Shown: positions 1 through 10,400 of the stretch, in pieces
Layout of the letters: each line of letters starts with the position of its first letter
Numbering within the stretch: position 1 is the stretch's first letter
Origin: Eledone cirrhosa
Taxonomy: Eukaryota
Length of the DNA: 64,000 nt
Direction of reading: 5' to 3'
NCBI GenBank assembly: GCA_964016885.1
Contig: OZ024743.1
Location: forward strand, 234,112,001-234,176,000
Made by a program: the position numbers and the translations under genes
Notes under the pieces: model-generated
What the model saw: the letters and a program-made list of their open reading frames with translations, nothing else
Databases searched by the model: none
Told to the model about the DNA's origin: nothing

Positions 1-81
1 AGCCAATGAGTCTCTGCACATGTACAAGTAATTACAGATCGATCCGACCACGGGCGGCCGGCCCGCGATTGAAAAGGTAAC

Positions 82-142
82 TCCGCCGGCAAATCGTCAT
101 TTTTGGATTCGTTTTCTTCGAAGCACACCATTCGCCGGCGGA
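82..142. repeat. 13-bp imperfect inverted repeat within each monomer (first copy given)
   Basis: tccgccggcaaat (82-94) and attcgccggcgga (130-142) are 12/13 complementary with a 35-nt loop. It is present in every monomer; the common cggctga allele adds a second mismatch. Confidence 0.9.
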
Positions 143-3100
143 CTTTGTTGACGTTTAACACGGTTTGGTTCCACAGCCACAACTATTGATTTTACGGAGA
201 TATCTTGCTGAAATTCACGCCACACATAGCCAATGAGTGTCTGCACATGTACCAGTAATTACAGATCGATCCGACCACGGGCGGTCGGTTTGCGATTGAA
301 AAGGTAACTCCGCCGGCAAATCGTCATTTTTGGATTCGTTTTCTTCGAAGCACACCATTCGCCGGCTGACTTTGTTGACGTTTAACACGGTTTGGTTCCA
401 CAGCCACAACTATTGATTTTAAGGAGATATCTTGCTGAAATTCACGCCACACATAGCCAATGAGTGTCTGCACAGGTACCAGTAATTACAGATCGATCCG
501 ACCACGGGCGGCCGGCCCGCGATTGAAAAGGTAACTCCGCCGGCAAATCGTCATTTTTGGATTCGTTTTCTTCGAAGCACACCATTCGCCGGCTGACTTT
601 GTTGACGTTTAACACGGTTTGGTTCCACAGCCACAACTATTGATTTTAAGGAGATATCTTGCTGAAATTCACGCCACACATAGCCAATGAGTGTCTGCAC
701 AGGTACCAGTAATTACAGATCGATCCGACCACGGGCGGCCGGCCCGCGATTGAAAAGGTAACTCCGCCGGCAAATCGTCATTTTTGGATTCGTTTTCTTC
801 GAAGCACACCATTCGCCGGCGGACTTTGTTGACGTTTAACACGGTTTGGTTCCACAGCCACAACTATTGATTTTACGGAGATATCTTGCTGAAATTCACG
901 CCACACATAGCCAATGAGTCTCTGCACATGTACAAGTAATTACAGATCGATCCGACCACGGGCGGCCGGCCCGCGATTGAAAAGGTAACTCCGCCGGCAA
1001 ATCGTCATTTTTGGATTCGTTTTCTTCGAAGCACACCATTCGCCGGCGGACTTTGTTGACGTTTAACACGGTTTGGTTCCACAGCCACAACTATTGATTT
1101 TACGGAGATATCTTGCTGAAATTCACGCCACACATAGCCAATGAGTGTCTGCACATGTACCAGTAATTACAGATCGATCCGACCACGGGCGGTCGGTTTG
1201 CGATTGAAAAGGTAACTCCGCCGGCAAATCGTCATTTTTGGATTCGTTTTCTTCGAAGCACACCATTCGCCGGCTGACTTTGTTGACGTTTAACACGGTT
1301 TGGTTCCACAGCCACAACTATTGATTTTAAGGAGATATCTTGCTGAAATTCACGCCACACATAGCCAATGAGTGTCTGCACAGGTACCAGTAATTACAGA
1401 TCGATCCGACCACGGGCGGCCGGCCCGCGATTGAAAAGGTAACTCCGCCGGCAAATCGTCATTTTTGGATTCGTTTTCTTCGAAGCACACCATTCGCCGG
1501 CGGACTTTGTTGACGTTTAACACGGTTTGGTTCCACAGCCACAACTATTGATTTTACGGAGATATCTTGCTGAAATTCACGCCACACATAGCCAATGAGT
1601 GTCTGCACATGTACCAGTAATTACAGATCGATCCGACCACGGGCGGCCGGCCCGCGATTGAAAAGGTAACTCCGCCGGCAAATCGTCATTTTTGGATTCG
1701 TTTTCTTCGAAGCACACCATTCGCCGGCGGACTTTGTTGACGTTTAACACGGTTTGGTTCCACAGCCACAACTATTGATTTTACGGAGATATCTTGCTGA
1801 AATTCACGCCACACATAGCCAATGAGTGTCTGCACATGTACCAGTAATTACAGATCGATCCGACCACGGGCGGCCGGCCCGCGATTGAAAAGGTAACTCC
1901 GCCGGCAAATCGTCATTTTTGGATTCGTTTTCTTCGAAGCACACCATTCGCCGGCTGACTTTGTTGACGTTTAACACGGTTTGGTTCCACAGCCACAACT
2001 ATTGATTTTAAGGAGATATCTTGCTGAAATTCACGCCACACATAGCCAATGAGTGTCTGCACAGGTACCAGTAATTACAGATCGATCCGACCACGGGCGG
2101 CCGGCCCGCGATTGAAAAGGTAACTCCGCCGGCAAATCGTCATTTTTGGATTCGTTTTCTTCGAAGCACACCATTCGCCGGCGGACTTTGTTGACGTTTA
2201 ACACGGTTTGGTTCCACAGCCACAACTATTGATTTTACGGAGATATCTTGCTGAAATTCACGCCACACATAGCCAATGAGTCTCTGCACATGTACAAGTA
2301 ATTACAGATCGATCCGACCACGGGCGGCCGGCCCACGATTGAAAAGGTAACTCCGCCGGCAAATCGTCATTTTTGGATTCGTTTTCTTCGAAGCACACCA
2401 TTCGCCGGCGGACTTTGTTGACGTTTAACACGGTTTGGTTCCACAGCCACAACTATTGATTTTACGGAGATATCTTGCTGAAATTCACGCCACACATAGC
2501 CAATGAGTGTCTGCACATGTACCAGTAATTACAGATCGATCCGACCACGGGCGGTCGGTTTGCGATTGAAAAGGTAACTCCGCCGGCAAATCGTCATTTT
2601 TGGATTCGTTTTCTTCGAAGCACACCATTCGCCGGCTGACTTTGTTGACGTTTAACACGGTTTGGTTCCACAGCCACAACTATTGATTTTAAGGAGATAT
2701 CTTGCTGAAATTCACGCCACACATAGCCAATGAGTGTCTGCACAGGTACCAGTAATTACAGATCGATCCGACCACGGGCGGCCGGCCCGCGATTGAAAAG
2801 GTAACTCCGCCGGCAAATCGTCATTTTTGGATTCGTTTTCTTCGAAGCACACCATTCGCCGGCGGACTTTGTTGACGTTTAACACGGTTTGGTTCCACAG
2901 CCACAACTATTGATTTTACGGAGATATCTTGCTGAAATTCACGCCACACATAGCCAATGAGTGTCTGCACATGTACCAGTAATTACAGATCGATCCGACC
3001 ACGGGCGGCCGGCCCGCGATTGAAAAGGTAACTCCGCCGGCAAATCGTCATTTTTGGATTCGTTTTCTTCGAAGCACACCATTCGCCGGCTGACTTTGTT

Positions 3101-6100
3101 GACGTTTAACACGGTTTGGTTCCACAGCCACAACTATTGATTTTAAGGAGATATCTTGCTGAAATTCACGCCACACATAGCCAATGAGTGTCTGCACATG
3201 TACCAGTAATTACAGATCGATCCGACCACGGGCGGTCGGTTTGCGATTGAAAAGGTAACTCCGCCGGCAAATCGTCATTTTTGGATTCGTTTTCTTCGAA
3301 GCACACCATTCGCCGGCGGACTTTGTTGACGTTTAACACGGTTTGGTTCCACAGCCACAACTATTGATTTTACGGAGATATCTTGCTGAAATTCACGCCA
3401 CACATAGCCAATGAGTGTCTGCACATGTACCAGTAATTACAGATCGATCCGACCACGGGCGGCCGGCCCGCGATTGAAAAGGTAACTCCGCCGGCAAATC
3501 GTCATTTTTGGATTCGTTTTCTTCGAAGCACACCATTCGCCGGCGGACTTTGTTGACGTTTAACACGGTTTGGTTCCACAGCCACAACTATTGATTTTAC
3601 GGAGATATCTTGCTGAAATTCACGCCACACATAGCCAATGAGTCTCTGCACATGTACCATTAATTACAGATCGATCCGACCACGGGCGGTCGGTTTGCGA
3701 TTGAAAAGGTAACTCCGCCGGCAAATCGTCATTTTTGGATTCGTTTTCTTCGAAGCACACCATTCGCCGGCTGACTTTGTTGACGTTTAACACGGTTTGG
3801 TTCCACAGCCACAACTATTGATTTTAAGGAGATATCTTGCTGAAATTCACGCCACACATAGCCAATGAGTGTCTGCACAGGTACCAGTAATTACAGATCG
3901 ATCCGACCACGGGCGGCCGGCCCGCGATTGAAAAGGTAACTCCGCCGGCAAATCGTCATTTTTGGATTCGTTTTCTTCGAAGCACACCATTCGCCGGCGG
4001 ACTTTGTTGACGTTTAACACGGTTTGGTTCCACAGCCACAACTATTGATTTTACGGAGATATCTTGCTGAAATTCACGCCACACATAGCCAATGAGTGTC
4101 TGCACATGTACCAGTAATTACAGATCGATCCGACCACGGGCGGCCGGCCCGCGATTGAAAAGGTAACTCCGCCGGCAAATCGTCATTTTTGGATTCGTTT
4201 TCTTCGAAGCACACCATTCGCCGGCGGACTTTGTTGACGTTTAACACGGTTTGGTTCCACAGCCACAACTATTGATTTTACGGAGATATCTTGCTGAAAT
4301 TCACGCCACACATAGCCAATGAGTGTCTGCACATGTACCAGTAATTACAGATCGATCCGACCACGGGCGGCCGGCCCGCTATTGAAAAGGTAACTCCGCC
4401 GGCAAATCGTCATTTTTGGATTCGTTTTCTTCGAAGCACACCATTCGCCGGCGGACTTTGTTGACGTTTAACACGGTTTGGTTCCACAGCCACAACTATT
4501 GATTTTACGGAGATATCTTGCTGAAATTCACGCCACACATAGCCAATGAGTGTCTGCACATGTACCAGTAATTACAGATCGATCCGACCACGGGCGGCCG
4601 GCCCGCGATTGAAAAGGTAACTCCGCCGGCAAATCGTCATTTTTGGATTCGTTTTCTTCGAAGCACACCATTCGCCGGCGGACTTTGTTGACGTTTAACA
4701 CGGTTTGGTTCCACAGCCACAACTATTGATTTTACGGAGATATCTTGCTGAAATTCACGCCACACATAGCCAATGAGTCTCTGCACATGTACCATTAATT
4801 ACAGATCGATCCGACCACGGGCGGTCGGTTTGCGATTGAAAAGGTAACTCCGCCGGCAAATCGTCATTTTTGGATTCGTTTTCTTCGAAGCACACCATTC
4901 GCCGGCTGACTTTGTTGACGTTTAACACGGTTTGGTTCCACAGCCACAACTATTGATTTTAAGGAGATATCTTGCTGAAATTCACGCCACACATAGCCAA
5001 TGAGTGTCTGCACAGGTACCAGTAATTACAGATCGATCCGACCACGGGCGGCCGGCCCGCGATTGAAAAGGTAACTCCGCCGGCAAATCGTCATTTTTGG
5101 ATTCGTTTTCTTCGAAGCACACCATTCGCCGGCGGACTTTGTTGACGTTTAACACGGTTTGGTTCCACAGCCACAACTATTGATTTTACGGAGATATCTT
5201 GCTGAAATTCACGCCACACATAGCCAATGAGTGTCTGCACATGTACCAGTAATTACAGATCGATCCGACCACGGGCGGCCGGCCCGCGATTGAAAAGGTA
5301 ACTCCGCCGGCAAATCGTCATTTTTGGATTCGTTTTCTTCGAAGCACACCATTCGCCGGCGGACTTTGTTGACGTTTAACACGGTTTGGTTCCACAGCCA
5401 CAACTATTGATTTTACGGAGATATCTTGCTGAAATTCACGCCACACATAGCCAATGAGTGTCTGCACATGTACCAGTAATTACAGATCGATCCGACCACG
5501 GGCGGCCGGCCCGCGATTGAAAAGGTAACTCCGCCGGCAAATCGTCATTTTTGGATTCGTTTTCTTCGAAGCACACCATTCGCCGGCTGACTTTGTTGAC
5601 GTTTAACACGGTTTGGTTCCACAGCCACAACTATTGATTTTAAGGAGATATCTTGCTGAAATTCACGCCACACATAGCCAATGAGTGTCTGCACAGGTAC
5701 CAGTAATTACAGATCGATCCGACCACGGGCGGCCGGCCCGCGATTGAAAAGGTAACTCCGCCGGCAAATCGTCATTTTTGGATTCGTTTTCTTCGAAGCA
5801 CACCATTCGCCGGCGGACTTTGTTGACGTTTAACACGGTTTGGTTCCACAGCCACAACTATTGATTTTACGGAGATATCTTGCTGAAATTCACGCCACAC
5901 ATAGCCAATGAGTCTCTGCACATGTACAAGTAATTACAGATCGATCCGACCACGGGCGGCCGGCCCGCGATTGAAAAGGTAACTCCGCCGGCAAATCGTC
6001 ATTTTTGGATTCGTTTTCTTCGAAGCACACCATTCGCCGGCGGACTTTGTTGACGTTTAACACGGTTTGGTTCCACAGCCACAACTATTGATTTTACGGA

Positions 6101-7478
6101 GATATCTTGCTGAAATTCACGCCACACATAGCCAATGAGTGTCTGCACATGTACCAGTAATTACAGATCGATCCGACCACGGGCGGTCGGTTTGCGATTG
6201 AAAAGGTAACTCCGCCGGCAAATCGTCATTTTTGGATTCGTTTTCTTCGAAGCACACCATTCGCCGGCTGACTTTGTTGACGTTTAACACGGTTTGGTTC
6301 CACAGCCACAACTATTGATTTTAAGGAGATATCTTGCTGAAATTCACGCCACACATAGCCAATGAGTGTCTGCACAGGTACCAGTAATTACAGATCGATC
6401 CGACCACGGGCGGCCGGCCCGCGATTGAAAAGGTAACTCCGCCGGCAAATCGTCATTTTTGGATTCGTTTTCTTCGAAGCACACCATTCGCCGGCGGACT
6501 TTGTTGACGTTTAACACGGTTTGGTTCCACAGCCACAACTATTGATTTTACGGAGATATCTTGCTGAAATTCACGCCACACATAGCCAATGAGTGTCTGC
6601 ACATGTACCAGTAATTACAGATCGATCCGACCACGGGCGGCCGGCCCGCGATTGAAAAGGTAACTCCGCCGGCAAATCGTCATTTTTGGATTCGTTTTCT
6701 TCGAAGCACACCATTCGCCGGCTGACTTTGTTGACGTTTAACACGGTTTGGTTCCACAGCCACAACTATTGATTTTAAGGAGATATCTTGCTGAAATTCA
6801 CGCCACACATAGCCAATGAGTGTCTGCACATGTACCAGTAATTACAGATCGATCCGACCACGGGCGGTCGGTTTGCGATTGAAAAGGTAACTCCGCCGGC
6901 AAATCGTCATTTTTGGATTCGTTTTCTTCGAAGCACACCATTCGCCGGCGGACTTTGTTGACGTTTAACACGGTTTGGTTCCACAGCCACAACTATTGAT
7001 TTTACGGAGATATCTTGCTGAAATTCACGCCACACATAGCCAATGAGTGTCTGCACATGTACCAGTAATTACAGATCGATCCGACCACGGGCGGCCGGCC
7101 CGCGATTGAAAAGGTAACTCCGCCGGCAAATCGTCATTTTTGGATTCGTTTTCTTCGAAGCACACCATTCGCCGGCGGACTTTGTTGACGTTTAACACGG
7201 TTTGGTTCCACAGCCACAACTATTGATTTTACGGAGATATCTTGCTGAAATTCACGCCACACATAGCCAATGAGTCTCTGCACATGTACCATTAATTACA
7301 GATCGATCCGACCACGGGCGGTCGGTTTGCGATTGAAAAGGTAACTCCGCCGGCAAATCGTCATTTTTGGATTCGTTTTCTTCGAAGCACACCATTCGCC
7401 GGCTGACTTTGTTGACGTTTAACACGGTTTGGTTCCACAGCCACAACTATTGATTTTAAGGAGATATCTTGCTGAAAT

Positions 7479-10400
7479 TCACGCCACACATAGCCAATGA
7501 GTGTCTGCACAGGTACCAGTAATTACAGATCGATCCGACCACGGGCGGCCGGCCCGCGATTGAAAAGGTAACTCCGCCGGCAAATCGTCATTTTTGGATT
7601 CGTTTTCTTCGAAGCACACCATTCGCCGGCGGACTTTGTTGACGTTTAACACGGTTTGGTTCCACAGCCACAACTATTGATTTTACGGAGATATCTTGCT
7701 GAAATTCACGCCACACATAGCCAATGAGTGTCTGCACATGTACCAGTAATTACAGATCGATCCGACCACGGGCGGCCGGCCCGCGATTGAAAAGGTAACT
7801 CCGCCGGCAAATCGTCATTTTTGGATTCGTTTTCTTCGAAGCACACCATTCGCCGGCGGACTTTGTTGACGTTTAACACGGTTTGGTTCCACAGCCACAA
7901 CTATTGATTTTACGGAGATATCTTGCTGAAATTCACGCCACACATAGCCAATGAGTGTCTGCACATGTACCAGTAATTACAGATCGATCCGACCACGGGC
8001 GGCCGGCCCGCGATTGAAAAGGTAACTCCGCCGGCAAATCGTCATTTTTGGATTCGTTTTCTTCGAAGCACACCATTCGCCGGCGGACTTTGTTGACGTT
8101 TAACACGGTTTGGTTCCACAGCCACAACTATTGATTTTACGGAGATATCTTGCTGAAATTCACGCCACACATAGCCAATGAGTGTCTGCACATGTACCAG
8201 TAATTACAGATCGATCCGACCACGGGCGGCCGGCCCGCGATTGAAAAGGTAACTCCGCCGGCAAATCGTCATTTTTGGATTCGTTTTCTTCGAAGCACAC
8301 CATTCGCCGGCGGACTTTGTTGACGTTTAACACGGTTTGGTTCCACAGCCACAACTATTGATTTTACGGAGATATCTTGCTGAAATTCACGCCACACATA
8401 GCCAATGAGTCTCTGCACATGTACCATTAATTACAGATCGATCCGACCACGGGCGGTCGGTTTGCGATTGAAAAGGTAACTCCGCCGGCAAATCGTCATT
8501 TTTGGATTCGTTTTCTTCGAAGCACACCATTCGCCGGCTGACTTTGTTGACGTTTAACACGGTTTGGTTCCACAGCCACAACTATTGATTTTAAGGAGAT
8601 ATCTTGCTGAAATTCACGCCACACATAGCCAATGAGTGTCTGCACATGTACCAGTAATTACAGATCGATCCGACCACGGGCGGCCGGCCCGCGATTGAAA
8701 AGGTAACTCCGCCGGCAAATCGTCATTTTTGGATTCGTTTTCTTCGAAGCACACCATTCGCCGGCGGACTTTGTTGACGTTTAACACGGTTTGGTTCCAC
8801 AGCCACAACTATTGATTTTACGGAGATATCTTGCTGAAATTCACGCCACACATAGCCAATGAGTCTCTGCACATGTACCATTAATTACAGATCGATCCGA
8901 CCACGGGCGGTCGGTTTGCGATTGAAAAGGTAACTCCGCCGGCAAATCGTCATTTTTGGATTCGTTTTCTTCGAAGCACACCATTCGCCGGCTGACTTTG
9001 TTGACGTTTAACACGGTTTGGTTCCACAGCCACAACTATTGATTTTAAGGAGATATCTTGCTGAAATTCACGCCACACATAGCCAATGAGTGTCTGCACA
9101 GGTACCAGTAATTACAGATCGATCCGACCACGGGCGGCCGGCCCGCGATTGAAAAGGTAACTCCGCCGGCAAATCGTCATTTTTGGATTCGTTTTCTTCG
9201 AAGCACACCATTCGCCGGCGGACTTTGTTGACGTTTAACACGGTTTGGTTCCACAGCCACAACTATTGATTTTACGGAGATATCTTGCTGAAATTCACGC
9301 CACACATAGCCAATGAGTGTCTGCACATGTACCAGTAATTACAGATCGATCCGACCACGGGCGGCCGGCCCGCGATTGAAAAGGTAACTCCGCCGGCAAA
9401 TCGTCATTTTTGGATTCGTTTTCTTCGAAGCACACCATTCGCCGGCGGACTTTGTTGACGTTTAACACGGTTTGGTTCCACAGCCACAACTATTGATTTT
9501 ACGGAGATATCTTGCTGAAATTCACGCCACACATAGCCAATGAGTGTCTGCACATGTACCAGTAATTACAGATCGATCCGACCACGGGCGGCCGGCCCGC
9601 GATTGAAAAGGTAACTCCGCCGGCAAATCGTCATTTTTGGATTCGTTTTCTTCGAAGCACACCATTCGCCGGCTGACTTTGTTGACGTTTAACACGGTTT
9701 GGTTCCACAGCCACAACTATTGATTTTAAGGAGATATCTTGCTGAAATTCACGCCACACATAGCCAATGAGTGTCTGCACAGGTACCAGTAATTACAGAT
9801 CGATCCGACCACGGGCGGCCGGCCCGCGATTGAAAAGGTAACTCCGCCGGCAAATCGTCATTTTTGGATTCGTTTTCTTCGAAGCACACCATTCGCCGGC
9901 GGACTTTGTTGACGTTTAACACGGTTTGGTTCCACAGCCACAACTATTGATTTTACGGAGATATCTTGCTGAAATTCACGCCACACATAGCCAATGAGTC
10001 TCTGCACATGTACAAGTAATTACAGATCGATCCGACCACGGGCGGCCGGCCCGCGATTGAAAAGGTAACTCCGCCGGCAAATCGTCATTTTTGGATTCGT
10101 TTTCTTCGAAGCACACCATTCGCCGGCGGACTTTGTTGACGTTTAACACGGTTTGGTTCCACAGCCACAACTATTGATTTTACGGAGATATCTTGCTGAA
10201 ATTCACGCCACACATAGCCAATGAGTGTCTGCACATGTACCAGTAATTACAGATCGATCCGACCACGGGCGGTCGGTTTGCGATTGAAAAGGTAACTCCG
10301 CCGGCAAATCGTCATTTTTGGATTCGTTTTCTTCGAAGCACACCATTCGCCGGCTGACTTTGTTGACGTTTAACACGGTTTGGTTCCACAGCCACAACTA

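Noticed and set aside
107-123. CENP-B box-like 17-mer attcgttttcttcgaag
   Set aside because: It matches only 6 of the 9 essential positions of NTTCGNNNNANNCGGGN.
60-145. Hammerhead or HDV-like ribozyme (retrozyme-type tandem repeat)
   Set aside because: The monomer size would fit, and the minus strand has aTGACGA and GGCGAATGG. However, there is no intact CUGANGA...GAAA core in the right helical context, and I could not build the HDV P2/P3/P1.1 pseudoknot. An Infernal/RNAMotif scan of a dimer would be decisive.
1-227. 5S rRNA, tRNA/SINE, U snRNA or trypanosomatid mini-exon repeat
   Set aside because: There is no recognisable 5S or U1/U2/U4/U5/U6 sequence, no cloverleaf or properly spaced A/B boxes, and the conserved 39-nt kinetoplastid leader is absent.
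417-485. Shine-Dalgarno-like tttAAGGAGatat resembling the T7 gene 10 RBS
   Set aside because: It is present only in the minority allele and is followed by TTG and a stop after 17 codons. There is no other prokaryotic or vector context.
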